Assembly: GCA_905214435.1 (NCBI GenBank)
Contig: CAJMMA010000005.1
Coordinates: forward strand, 3,525 to 67,524
Length of the DNA stretch: 64,000 bases
Direction of reading: 5' to 3'
Origin: an uncultured bacterium
GTDB lineage: Bacteria; Actinomycetota; Coriobacteriia; Coriobacteriales; Coriobacteriaceae
The position numbers and the translations under genes were made by a program. Positions 15,418 to 25,129 of this stretch are shown one piece after another; the first letter of the stretch is position 1; each line of letters opens with the position of its first letter. The notes under the pieces are model-generated. The model had not been told where the DNA came from and made no database searches. It was given only the letters and a program-made list of their open reading frames with translations.

Positions 15418-18207
15418 TTATGCCTCACCTCCTTTAGAGTGCTTGCCAAGCGAGGTGGTGTCCCCGTCGTTTCCGTTTACGTTGTCAGCGCCGTCGGCAT
15501 CTTGAGCCTTACGATGCGCACCAATATGCGGCAGACGGCTCGTGGGCTGTTCGCTGTCCTTGGTGCCCCGCTCGCTGGCGTTGAGACCAAACATGCGACG
15601 GGCGGCAGGGATGGCAGCCGTGTGCTCGCGCATCTCGCGGCGCAAGTCCTCGTCCGAAAGCGCCGAGATGCGCATCTGTGTGTTGAGGCTTGCACGGATG
15701 TACTCGATGTTGATGAGCCAGCCGCAGATGGCAATGACCGAGATAATCCAGATAACGAGCAGGATGATCTTGCCGTTATTGTCGATATCGAGCACCGTCG
15801 AAAGCACAAAGAGCAGAACCTGCACGCCTACCACGGCGGCAAAACCGCCCTTGATGTAGTACGGGTAGCGATGCTCAAACGCCACGGCATGATCGAGCAG
15901 CTCGCGACGGTACGAATCCGAATCGAGCATGACGCGCATGGCCGTGCGCAGCGAATAGCGCTGGCGCGGTAGGTCGTTGGACTCGCAGATCATGAGGCCC
16001 GTCGTGGAAAGCTGCTTATCAAAGAGCAGATTGAGGTTGAGCAGCAACGGGCGCAGCTGCAGACCGATAAAGAGCGCGATGGCAAGGAACACGCCCAGGA
16101 TGCACAGGTTGAACAGGTAGTTGAACGAATACATGCCACCGACGGTCTCGCGCAGCAGGTTGATGCCATAAGTGAAGGGCAGCAGCGGATGCAGCCATTG
16201 GAAGAAGCCGGGCATCATCTCGATGGGATACATGCCCGACGAGCCGGGGATCTGCACAATGACGAGGATGACGCCAATGGCTTTACCGATATGCTTAAAC
16301 GTGGTGGACAGCGCATAGATGATGTTGACGTAGGTGAACGAAATAGCGATGCCGCCCAGTACAAAGAGCAGCGGATTGACGCACTGAACGCCAATGACCA
16401 GGTCGCCCACCGTAACGATAATGGCCTGGAACGCGCCCAGGATCACCAGCAGCAGCCAGCGGCCAAAGTAGCCCTGACGCGCCGTAAAGCTACCGATGCC
16501 CTCGCGGTCGACCTCGAGTTTATAGATAGCGATGAGCACATAGCCGCCTACCCACAGCGCCAGATTGGTGTAGAAGGGCGCGATGCCCGAGCCAAAGCTC
16601 TTGACCGGATAGATTGACTTGGACGTCAGCTCAACCGGAGATGCCATGAAATCTGCCACGTCATTGACGTCGACGTCCATGAGGTCGGCTAACTCGCCCA
16701 TAGACTCAGAGGTCCGCAGCGCCGCAATGTCATTGGCGGCGGTCGCGAGCTTGTCCTGAACCTTGGCAAGGGAGGCGTCGGTTTGGGATAGCGTGGTCTT
16801 TGCCTGCTTGAGCGTGGCGTCGAGCTGCGCCAGCGTGCCGCGCGCGCTCGCTATCGTGGGGGTCATACCCGACACAATGCCGGTCAAATCGCCCGAAACG
16901 GCGGCAAAGGAATCAAGCGCGCTCGAAGCCTTCGGAAGTGCGTTCTGACCCAGATCGGTCTGAGCCTGACCGAGGTTAGCCGTACCGGTCTGAATTGCCG
17001 CGTTGAGTGCGTTGCTCGCGTTCGAGATTGCCGTAGCGTCGTTTGCCATGGCGCTCGACTGTGCGGAAAGGCCATCCTTGATGCTCTGCAGCTTCTGGTT
17101 TTGCTCGCGAAGCGAATCGATGGTCGATACAATGCGCGCGTCAATTTCCTCGGAACCTGTCGACGCGTCATTAACGAGAATCTCCAAGTGTCCGATAACG
17201 ACCTTATTGTGATCGATCGTCGCCTGGAGAGACTCGAGCGAGTTGTCGATGCGGGTGGTCGTAGATGTGACCGTACCCGTTAGCTTGCCAATCGCAGCGT
17301 TCGCGGAGGCTGACGTCTTGGTGAGTGCAAGGCTACCTTCCGAGAGTGCCTTGGAGAGCGAGGTGATAGAGTTGCCCGCCGTGGCGCGAGCCTCGCCCAG
17401 CAGGTCGTTGCCCTGGGAGATCGCCTGCGTTAGAGAGGGCGCCTGCCCCTGCAGGCCCGCCAGCGCAGCATCGGCCGAAGCAATCGAGCTGCTCGTCTTG
17501 TCGATGGCGGTGTTCATGTCGCCGATGGAATCGCGTACTTCGCCCAGGGTATCAGACGCCTCGGACACCGAGCCCGCCAGCGAATCCCGGGTCTGGGTCG
17601 CCTTGTCTTTAAGGTCGATGCCAGCATCTTTAGCAATGCCCGCGACGGTCTCGCCCACCGTGGAGACAAACTCCGAGTTGATCTGCTCCTCGATGGTATT
17701 GGCGCCAGTGTCGGTGACCTTGGGCGCAATAGCGCTCTTCTTCTCGTTGACGTAGTACGTGAGCTTGGGCTGATGGTAATTGCCGTCGAGCATCGAGACC
17801 AGGTTATCTGAGAAGTTCTTGGGGATTACGATGGCCGCATAGTACTCACCACTCTCGACGCCCTCTTTGGCATCGGCGGCCGAATCGACGAAGGTCCAGC
17901 CCAGCTGATCGTTTTCCTTGAGCTGATCGACGACCTTGTCGCCCGCATTGAGCTCGCCCACCAGGTCGTTTTGGGTTCCCTGGTCGTTGTTGGCGATAGC
18001 AATCTTGATGCCCTGGGTGTTTCCGTACGGATCCCAGTTTGCCACGATGTTGTACCAGGCATACAGCGAGGGAATAACACACACGCCGAGGGTAACCACC
18101 AAGGCGACGGGGTTCACGAGCAATCGCTTGATGTCACGCTTAAAGATCGCAAAGGATACCTTTGCGTTGGATAGTTTGCTGCCGAGACTCACGCTTAGAC
18201 CATCCAT
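15418..18207 (-). CDS. YhgE/Pip domain-containing membrane protein (first of a tandem pair)
   Basis: N-terminus FKRDIKRLLVNPVALVVTLGVCVIPSLYAWYNIVANWDPYGNTQGIKIAI. Same architecture as its neighbour, plus an extra C-terminal membrane/charged extension (929 aa). Confidence 0.75.
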   Translation of the reverse strand: MDGLSVSLGSKLSNAKVSFAIFKRDIKRLLVNPVALVVTLGVCVIPSLYAWYNIVANWDPYGNTQGIKIAIANNDQGTQNDLVGELNAGDKVVDQLKENDQLGWTFVDSAADAKEGVESGEYYAAIVIPKNFSDNLVSMLDGNYHQPKLTYYVNEKKSAIAPKVTDTGANTIEEQINSEFVSTVGETVAGIAKDAGIDLKDKATQTRDSLAGSVSEASDTLGEVRDSIGDMNTAIDKTSSSIASADAALAGLQGQAPSLTQAISQGNDLLGEARATAGNSITSLSKALSEGSLALTKTSASANAAIGKLTGTVTSTTTRIDNSLESLQATIDHNKVVIGHLEILVNDASTGSEEIDARIVSTIDSLREQNQKLQSIKDGLSAQSSAMANDATAISNASNALNAAIQTGTANLGQAQTDLGQNALPKASSALDSFAAVSGDLTGIVSGMTPTIASARGTLAQLDATLKQAKTTLSQTDASLAKVQDKLATAANDIAALRTSESMGELADLMDVDVNDVADFMASPVELTSKSIYPVKSFGSGIAPFYTNLALWVGGYVLIAIYKLEVDREGIGSFTARQGYFGRWLLLVILGAFQAIIVTVGDLVIGVQCVNPLLFVLGGIAISFTYVNIIYALSTTFKHIGKAIGVILVIVQIPGSSGMYPIEMMPGFFQWLHPLLPFTYGINLLRETVGGMYSFNYLFNLCILGVFLAIALFIGLQLRPLLLNLNLLFDKQLSTTGLMICESNDLPRQRYSLRTAMRVMLDSDSYRRELLDHAVAFEHRYPYYIKGGFAAVVGVQVLLFVLSTVLDIDNNGKIILLVIWIISVIAICGWLINIEYIRASLNTQMRISALSDEDLRREMREHTAAIPAARRMFGLNASERGTKDSEQPTSRLPHIGAHRKAQDADGADNVNGNDGDTTSLGKHSKGGEA

Positions 18208-18675
18208 CCTGTCGTTGAATCAAATCGTACTATCAACAACCATTGTACGTAGGCGCTTTAGCGTCTCGAAGCACAATGGTATTGAGTTTTGCGGGTAGCA
18301 ATATACTACGAAGATTAGTTAACGTACAGTTGTACAGTATCTCAAATTTCAGCAGGTCGCAAAACCACAACCCGCACAAATTAACAATCCGAATAGTCAT
18401 CGGGGGCGTTCTTAAACGACCAGTCAAACAAGAACGTCCCCGATGACTACTTAGGGCCACGAAAGCGTCGCAGGTTGAGCATAAGTCAGCGAAAACGCCC
18501 CTGAGCGAGCAAGGTGACGTGAAAGAGGAGGGAAGCGTACTTTGGTACGCGACCGACGATTGAACGTCAGATTGCCGCTTAGGGGCGTTTGCAGCGTCGA
18601 CCGGTCCGTCGTTCGTTAGAACGACGGAACCAATAGGTTCGTTAGAACGGCGGACCCAAAGGCGTAACTACTTAA

Positions 18676-20700
18676 CTACATCAAGTTGCAAACAGCCGCC
18701 GCGAAGGCAACGGGGTCCTCAGGCAGAATGCCCTCGACCAGCAGGGCCTGATCGTAGAGCAGGCCGGAGTACTGCTTGATCTTGTCGGCGTCACCTGCCT
18801 TCTGGGCAGCGACAAGCTTGTCAAAGACCGGGTGCTTGGCGTTGAGCTCGAGCACGCGCTGGCTCTTGGGCATGCCGTCGGGCGCGCCCTCGGGTCCCTT
18901 CTGGAGCACCTTCTCCATCTCGAGCGAAAGCGGACCCTCGGTGGTGATGCAGGCGGGAGCGTCAGTCAGACGCGCAGAGACGGCAACCTTCTCGACCTTG
19001 TCACCGAGCGCCTCCTTCATAGCGCTAAAGAGGTCCTCGTTTTCCTTGGTGGCGTCCTCGGCCTCCTTCTTCTCGTCATCGGTCGCCATGTCAAGATCGC
19101 CGGTCGCGACGTTCTTAAGCTCCAGGTGACGATCCTCGACCTCGGGCTCGGCACCATCGGCAACTGCCTTCTCGGCAGCCTCGCGAGCAGCGTCATCCTC
19201 GTAGACCTTGGGCATATCGGCAGCCACGTACTCACGCATGGCCTGGAAGGTGAACTCATCCACGTCCTGCGTCAGCAGCAATACATCGTAGCCGCGGTCG
19301 AGCACGCCCTTCACGACGGGCATCTTGGCCAGACGCTCGCGCGAATCGCCGGCGGCATAGTAGATTGCCTTCTGGCCCTCGGGCATGCCCTTGGCATACT
19401 CGGCAAGGGTGATCATCTTCTGCTCCTTGGCAGACCAGAACAGCAACAGGTCGGCGAGCTCGTCGGCCTTCATGCCGTAGCTCGAGTAGATGCCGTACTT
19501 CAGACCGCGACCAAAGTTCTCAAAGAACTTCTCGTATGCCTCGCGGTCGTTATCGCGCATGTCCTCAAGATCGGCAGTGATCTTCTTCTCGACACGCTTG
19601 GCAATGGCCTTGAGCTGACGGTTCTGTTGCAGCGTCTCACGCGAAATATTGAGCGTCACGTCGGCAGAGTCCACGACACCGCGCACAAAGTTGTAGTAGT
19701 CGGGCAGCAGGTCGTCGCACTTCTCCATAATCAGCACGTTGGAACTGTAGAGCGCCAGGCCCTTCTCGTAGTCCTTGCTGTACAGATCGAACGGGGCGCG
19801 ACCCGGCACAAACAGCAGCGCATCGTACTCAAGCGTACCCTCGGCATGGAAGCTGATAGTGCGCGCGGGATCGTCAAAGTCGTGGAACGTGGACTTGTAG
19901 AACTCGTTGTAATCCTTCTGCTCAACGTCGGAGCTGCGCTTTTTCCAAATCGGCGTCATGGAGTTGATGGTCTCGAGCTCCTGGTAGTCCTCGTACTCGG
20001 GCTTGTAGTCGTCGCCGGCGTCCTCGGGCTTGGGTTTCTGGCGGCTCTTGCTCACCATCATCTGAATCGGGTAGCGCACATAGTTGCTGTACTGCTGAAT
20101 CAGGCTCTTGAGGCCCCACTCGGTCAGGAAGCGATCGTAGGTCTCGGCCTCGCCGTCGGCGTCGAGCTTCTCGTTCTCGCGCAGCGTCAGGATGACATCG
20201 GTACCGTGCTCAGCACGCTCGCCATCCTCGATGGTGTAGCCCTCAAGACCGTCGGACTCCCAAACGTGGGCGGTGTCCTCGCCATAAGCGCGGCTGACGA
20301 CCTTCACGTGGCTGGCGACCATAAAGGCGGAGTAGAAGCCCACGCCAAACTGGCCGATGATGTCGACATCGGAGCCCTGTTGCTCGGCGTTCTCGGTCTT
20401 AAACTCCTCGGAGCCGGAATGGGCGATGGTGCCCAGATTGCGCTCGAGCTCCTCGGCGGTCATGCCAATGCCGTTATCCGAGATGGTAATGGTGCGGGCG
20501 TCTTTATCAAAAGAGACGCGAATAGCCAGGTCGCCCTGGTCGAGCTTGACACTCGGGTCCTGCAGGCTCTTAAAGTTGAGCTTGTCGACGGCGTCACTCG
20601 CATTAGAGATAAGCTCGCGCAGGAAGATTTCCTTATTGGTGTAGATGGAGTTGATCATGAGGTCGAGCAGTTTTTTGCTCTCGGTCTTAAATTGACGCAT
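18676..20700 (-). CDS. htpG: Molecular chaperone HtpG (Hsp90 family)
   Basis: MRQFKTESKKLLDLMINSIYTNKEIFLRELISNASDAVDKL plus GQFGVGFYSAF are canonical HATPase/Hsp90 blocks. 674 aa. Confidence 0.95.
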   Translation of the reverse strand: MRQFKTESKKLLDLMINSIYTNKEIFLRELISNASDAVDKLNFKSLQDPSVKLDQGDLAIRVSFDKDARTITISDNGIGMTAEELERNLGTIAHSGSEEFKTENAEQQGSDVDIIGQFGVGFYSAFMVASHVKVVSRAYGEDTAHVWESDGLEGYTIEDGERAEHGTDVILTLRENEKLDADGEAETYDRFLTEWGLKSLIQQYSNYVRYPIQMMVSKSRQKPKPEDAGDDYKPEYEDYQELETINSMTPIWKKRSSDVEQKDYNEFYKSTFHDFDDPARTISFHAEGTLEYDALLFVPGRAPFDLYSKDYEKGLALYSSNVLIMEKCDDLLPDYYNFVRGVVDSADVTLNISRETLQQNRQLKAIAKRVEKKITADLEDMRDNDREAYEKFFENFGRGLKYGIYSSYGMKADELADLLLFWSAKEQKMITLAEYAKGMPEGQKAIYYAAGDSRERLAKMPVVKGVLDRGYDVLLLTQDVDEFTFQAMREYVAADMPKVYEDDAAREAAEKAVADGAEPEVEDRHLELKNVATGDLDMATDDEKKEAEDATKENEDLFSAMKEALGDKVEKVAVSARLTDAPACITTEGPLSLEMEKVLQKGPEGAPDGMPKSQRVLELNAKHPVFDKLVAAQKAGDADKIKQYSGLLYDQALLVEGILPEDPVAFAAAVCNLM

Positions 20701-20902
20701 GTGCAGTCCTTTCGCGCTACCCCCGTCCGCAAAAACGGCCCGGTTGCCCGAGCCGCATCGCAGACCTGCTATGTCCAGACTTAGATTTTATAACCCATTA
20801 GCGCGCATATATACATACGGAATCGAAAAACTGTATGTCCAAACGCTCTGATACGCCAATTGCCAAGGAGTGTCCCCGACTGCCGGCAGGAAAGGAACGT
20901 CC

Positions 20903-21403
20903 CTATCTGCCATCTACGCGCTTGGCCATCCAAGCATGGGGCTGGCCCTCGTCTTCGTAGTCCACCGGGGCAATCTGCGTGTAGCCCGCCTTGGCATAGA
21001 GCGGCAGCACGTATTCCTGCGCATGCAGCTTAATGAGCTTGGCGCCGGCATCACGCGCGCACGTATCACTGGCCTCGACAATCTTGCTCGCCAGACCGCG
21101 ACGGCGCATGCTCGGCAGCACAGCCACGCGCCCCATAATGTAGGTCTCCCCCGCCGCGACGCCTTCGTCCAAGTCGCACGCCGGCGACACCGGAGCCCCT
21201 GCGTCAGCCGCGCGCTCAAGCTCTTCGGGAAACACGCGCGAGCAACCAGCAAGCTCGCCGTCTACATAGAGCGTCACATGAATGCAGTTCGGATCCTCGT
21301 CGATAGCGTCGAACTCATTCTCGTAGCCCTGCTCGTCCATAAAAACGACGCGGCGCACCAACGCCGCGTCATCAAAGCATCCCGTCTTAAGTTGGATATC
21401 CAT
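20903..21403 (-). CDS. GNAT family N-acetyltransferase
   Basis: 166 aa. The acetyl-CoA binding-type block RVAVLPSMRRRGLASKIVEA (Q/RxxGxG/A-like) is typical of GNAT. Confidence 0.8.
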   Translation of the reverse strand: MDIQLKTGCFDDAALVRRVVFMDEQGYENEFDAIDEDPNCIHVTLYVDGELAGCSRVFPEELERAADAGAPVSPACDLDEGVAAGETYIMGRVAVLPSMRRRGLASKIVEASDTCARDAGAKLIKLHAQEYVLPLYAKAGYTQIAPVDYEDEGQPHAWMAKRVDGR

Positions 21404-21441
21404 GCTGCCCTTTCATTCAATGCGAACGTTAGGGACAGATT

Positions 21442-22092
21442 TTAGCGAAAATGAGCTCCGCGCACGCTAAACTTCGCGCGAGCCTTCGCCAGGCAATCGT
21501 AATGACCCACGTTATGGGCATCGCTCGCGATGAAGCTGTACAGGTTCTGATCGAACAGGCGCTGTGCCGGCTTTTTCTCGCGACCAAAGCGACCGCCGGC
21601 AATAAAGTCCGCCGAAGCTTGCAGCTTGCAGCCCATATCGACCAGGCGCTCCGCCACGCTTACATCCTTTTGAACCGCACGATAGCGCTCAGGATGAGCG
21701 ATGATCACCTGGTAGCCACGGCACTGCAAATCGTAAATCGTGTTCTCGTACTCTCTAAACGCATACGCATCGGCATGCGTCGAAAGCTCGAGCAGAAACT
21801 CGTTGGTCCCATCGAAATGCAGGTGCTCCGCGGCATCGATACCAAGCTCAACGAGCTTTCGATGGTTGACCTCGAAGCCCATCTGGAGCGGAAAACCGTC
21901 AGCGTTATCACGCAGCAGCTCAAAGGCATCCCACATCTTGTCGTAATCAAAATAGGGATCACGGCAGTGAGGAGTGCAAACGATTCTGGTTACACCGGCC
22001 CGCTTGGCAGCCTCGAGCATCGCCAAGCTCTCATCGAGATCGGCGGCGCCGTCGTCTACACCCGGCAAGATATGGCAATGAATGTCACGCAT
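21442..22092 (-). CDS. PHP-family protein-tyrosine phosphatase (CpsB/YwqE-like)
   Basis: MRDIHCHILPGVDDGA... N-terminus plus later ...CTPHC... and ...ASDAH... metal-binding motifs characteristic of CpsB/YwqE. Confidence 0.85.
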   Translation of the reverse strand: MRDIHCHILPGVDDGAADLDESLAMLEAAKRAGVTRIVCTPHCRDPYFDYDKMWDAFELLRDNADGFPLQMGFEVNHRKLVELGIDAAEHLHFDGTNEFLLELSTHADAYAFREYENTIYDLQCRGYQVIIAHPERYRAVQKDVSVAERLVDMGCKLQASADFIAGGRFGREKKPAQRLFDQNLYSFIASDAHNVGHYDCLAKARAKFSVRGAHFR

Positions 22093-22109
22093 AGGTCAGC
22101 CTTAATCAA

Positions 22110-22847
22110 CTAAACGTTTGCTCGGTTGGTGAAGATGCCCTTTTTGGAAGTCCCCTGATTGTCGGAGCCCTTCTTAACCTTCTTACCGTCCTTGGTGTAG
22201 TAAGAATAGTAGTACTCGCTGGTCTCGGTCTCACAGTAATTCATGACGGTACCGATGAGCTTGACCTTCTCGGACTTCTTAAGCTGACCGATGGCGTTGA
22301 GCGCCTCTTCGCGCTTGGTAAAGTTCTCGCGCACCACGAACAGCGCGCCGTCGGTCAGGCTGGCAATCTCGGCAGCATCGATGAAGGTGCCGACCGGGGG
22401 AGCATCGAAGATGACGTACTGGAACTTGGCGGACAGTGCCTTTACCAGCTTGGCAAAGCGATGGGAGACGATGATGTCGGCAGGATTGGGAATGTGCGGC
22501 TCGGCATCGAGGAAGTAGAAGTTCTTCTGACCCGTCTCGACAATCGCCTGGTCGATAGAAACCTGCTCGGACAGGACTGCATAGAGTCCGCCGCGGGAGC
22601 GGACGCCGAGCATATCGGCAAGGGACCTGCGACGCATATCAGCCTCGACCAGCAGGACACTCTTGCCGCTCGTGGCGATTGCCTGAGCAAGGTTAATGGA
22701 AACCGTAGACTTGCCCTCGTTGGGAATCGAGGAGGTAACGGTGATGGTGCGAATGGGGTCATCCACGCTCGCAAAGCGGATGTTGGCCAGAAGGGTCTTG
22801 GCGGCATTCTGCACAACGAGCTTATCGGTGTTCTTTGCCTTAGCCAT
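22110..22847 (-). CDS. Bacterial tyrosine (BY) kinase catalytic subunit (CpsD/YwqD-like)
   Basis: Walker A SSIPNEGKST, Walker A' LLVEADMRRR and Walker B VIFDAPP. The C-terminal tail is Tyr-rich (SEYYYSYYTKDGKK). Confidence 0.85.
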   Translation of the reverse strand: MAKAKNTDKLVVQNAAKTLLANIRFASVDDPIRTITVTSSIPNEGKSTVSINLAQAIATSGKSVLLVEADMRRRSLADMLGVRSRGGLYAVLSEQVSIDQAIVETGQKNFYFLDAEPHIPNPADIIVSHRFAKLVKALSAKFQYVIFDAPPVGTFIDAAEIASLTDGALFVVRENFTKREEALNAIGQLKKSEKVKLIGTVMNYCETETSEYYYSYYTKDGKKVKKGSDNQGTSKKGIFTNRANV

Positions 22848-22849
22848 GC

Positions 22850-23506
22850 CTATTTACCACCTTTCATAGCCGGAATTCGGCCAACAACGGGAATACCCAG
22901 GAGCTCTTCTGCCTCTTCGGCACCGCGGATGCGGGTATTGAGCATGTCTGCCAAAACGACATAGGCAACTGCGATAAAGATACCGGCGAGGAACGCGACG
23001 GCAATATACAGCGTGCGCTTGGGGCCGCTGGGGGCTTCGGGGGTCTTAGCCTCGTCGATAACGTTGATGCTCTGGGCAGCGCCGACGTTCTGAGCGACCG
23101 TACTCACCGAGCTGGCAATGGCCTTTGCGACCTCAGCCGTCTCCTTGGCATCGGTGCCGGTAACCGAAAGCGTAATGACACGCGTGGTGGTCTCGGAGGA
23201 AACAGACACCTTGTAGTCATCCAGATCGGTAAGGCCCAGTTCTTTGGCGGCGCCGCTCTTAACGCTATCGCTATCCAGCAGCGTGGCGATATCGTTGGAA
23301 AGCATCTGGCTCGCCGAGAGATCGTTGTAGCTCATCTGACCGCTATCGTCGGTCTTGGCGAGAATGTACATGCTCGTCGTCGCGGTATAGGTGTTGTCCA
23401 TCGCAACGAAGGACACGATGCCCATGGCGATCGCGCAGACCACCGGAAGGGTGATGACCAGCTTGAGGTGCTTCTTCAGCAGCTGGAACAGTTCGAGAAG
23501 GGTCAT
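22850..23506 (-). CDS. Wzz/CpsC/YwqC-like chain-length determinant, transmembrane activator of the BY-kinase
   Basis: 218 aa with an N-terminal TM (LVITLPVVCAIAMGIVSFV), a periplasmic-type middle and a C-terminal TM (LYIAVAFLAGIFIAVAYVVL). It lies immediately upstream of the kinase, with a 2-nt gap. Confidence 0.8.
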   Translation of the reverse strand: MTLLELFQLLKKHLKLVITLPVVCAIAMGIVSFVAMDNTYTATTSMYILAKTDDSGQMSYNDLSASQMLSNDIATLLDSDSVKSGAAKELGLTDLDDYKVSVSSETTTRVITLSVTGTDAKETAEVAKAIASSVSTVAQNVGAAQSINVIDEAKTPEAPSGPKRTLYIAVAFLAGIFIAVAYVVLADMLNTRIRGAEEAEELLGIPVVGRIPAMKGGK

Positions 23507-23701
23507 GCAGCTTGCCTTTCATTTCCCCAGTTCGGATTGACAAAACTGTCCGTATGTTATCGCATCTTTTTACCGAGACCAAACTCTATACATAAGAAAC
23601 AGGCTCTCCTGTAAAAATGTCGGAAGCAATCGTAAAATTGCGCAACAACGCCGCACCCGAAAGTCAAATGCGGCGTCTACATCAATATCTATGTTGTATC
23701 G

Positions 23702-25126
23702 CTATGCGAATGGCTCGTCCTGCTGTATGGGAAACGTCACCGTAATGGTGGTTCCCACGCCCAACTCACTCGACAGATCGAGCGTGGCGTGATGATACAG
23801 GGCCGCATGCTTGACAATGGCAAGCCCCAGGCCGGTTCCGCCGCGTGCCTTGGACCTACTCTTGTCCACGCGATAGAACCGCTCAAATACCTTGCCCTGT
23901 TCTTCAGGCGCGATACCGATTCCCGTGTCGGCGACAGCGAGGAACGGATGGTCTTCGTCGTTGGTGCCGCACTGCAACGTAACCGTACCGCCGGGTCGAT
24001 TGTAGCGGATGGCGTTGCTTGCCAGATTATAGATGAGCTCGTCGATCAAGCGCGACACGCCTTCGATGACCACAGGCTTGGTCTCATGACTTATCGTCAC
24101 ATTCGCCTGACGGGCGACCTGTTCAAGACGCTGCTCAACCGCGTAGATCGCACGCGAGAGCTCAATAGGCTCCGTGGAACCAATGGGCACTGTCTCGCCT
24201 TCAGTCGCACGTTCGGCCTCGTCCAAGTTAGACAGCGTAAGGATGTCGTTGACAAGCGCTGCCAAGCGGCCCGCCTCACGATAGATGCGACCGCCAAAGT
24301 TGCGCAGGTCGTCCTCGCCCTCGACCATGCCATTTGCGATGAGCTCGGCATAGCCCGAAATCGCCGTAAGCGGCGTCTTGAGCTCATGGGTGATATTCGC
24401 CGTGAACTCGCGGCGCATACGGTCGTTGTCCGCTAGCACCGCCATTTGGCGCTTGAGTTCCTGGCGCTGCGACTCGATGCGCTCAAGCATGGGAACCATC
24501 TCGGCATAGGCGTGCTCATAGCTACGGCGTGGGTGATCCAAATCCACCTCTTGTAACGGCGCGATGATGGCACGGGACTCACGGCGCGCCATAAAAAACG
24601 AGAGTACTGCACCCGCTGCTGCGATAAGCAGCATCGGCGCCAGCATCGACAGCAAAATCGCCGCAACGCCAGGCTGGGCCTGCGCCAAGCGAACGACCTG
24701 GCCGTTATCAAGGGTGACGGCGCGATACAGCATAATCTCGTCGAGCGTAGAGCTTGCGCGCTCCGCGGAACCCAAACCACTCTCAAAGGCCTCGATGACC
24801 TCGGGGCGATCACCATGGTTGGGCAGTGCGGAAGGCGACGCCTCGTTGTCGTAGGCAACCGATCCATCCTTGTTAATCAGCGTGATGCGTAAGTCCTCGC
24901 GATCGAGGCTACGCAAGAACGGGATGGGCTCCTGCTGCTCGTCGAGGGCGGCAGCAATGAGCTCGGTTTCCTGCGCCAGATTGGCACTCGTGGCATCCGC
25001 CAAGGTGTTTTGCACAAAGAACGCACCCAGCACCGTAAACGCCACGATAACCGCCATGGCGCAGACAAAGATCGTCACAAAAACGCGGTGCGACAACGTT
25101 TGTTTTCCCTGGGGGGCGAAGACCAC
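23702..25126 (-). CDS. Sensor histidine kinase (PhoR/SenX3-like)
   Basis: H-box FTANITHELKTPLTAISGY; N, G1 and G2 boxes (NAIRYN, DTGIGI, GGTGLGLAIV); N-terminal TM plus extracellular loop. Confidence 0.85.
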   Translation of the reverse strand: MVFAPQGKQTLSHRVFVTIFVCAMAVIVAFTVLGAFFVQNTLADATSANLAQETELIAAALDEQQEPIPFLRSLDREDLRITLINKDGSVAYDNEASPSALPNHGDRPEVIEAFESGLGSAERASSTLDEIMLYRAVTLDNGQVVRLAQAQPGVAAILLSMLAPMLLIAAAGAVLSFFMARRESRAIIAPLQEVDLDHPRRSYEHAYAEMVPMLERIESQRQELKRQMAVLADNDRMRREFTANITHELKTPLTAISGYAELIANGMVEGEDDLRNFGGRIYREAGRLAALVNDILTLSNLDEAERATEGETVPIGSTEPIELSRAIYAVEQRLEQVARQANVTISHETKPVVIEGVSRLIDELIYNLASNAIRYNRPGGTVTLQCGTNDEDHPFLAVADTGIGIAPEEQGKVFERFYRVDKSRSKARGGTGLGLAIVKHAALYHHATLDLSSELGVGTTITVTFPIQQDEPFA

Positions 25127-25129
25127 GGG

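Noticed and set aside
18832-20784. 650-aa plus-strand ORF
   Set aside because: It is antisense to htpG and is a shadow frame.
20701-20902. CIRCE (HrcA) or HAIR (HspR) heat-shock operator upstream of htpG
   Set aside because: Neither TTAGCACTC-N9-GAGTGCTAA nor CTTGAGT-N7-ACTCAAG is present. Only a direct repeat, TGGACATA(C/G)CAG, and a short ACATAC/GTATGT inverted repeat were seen. These are too weak to call.
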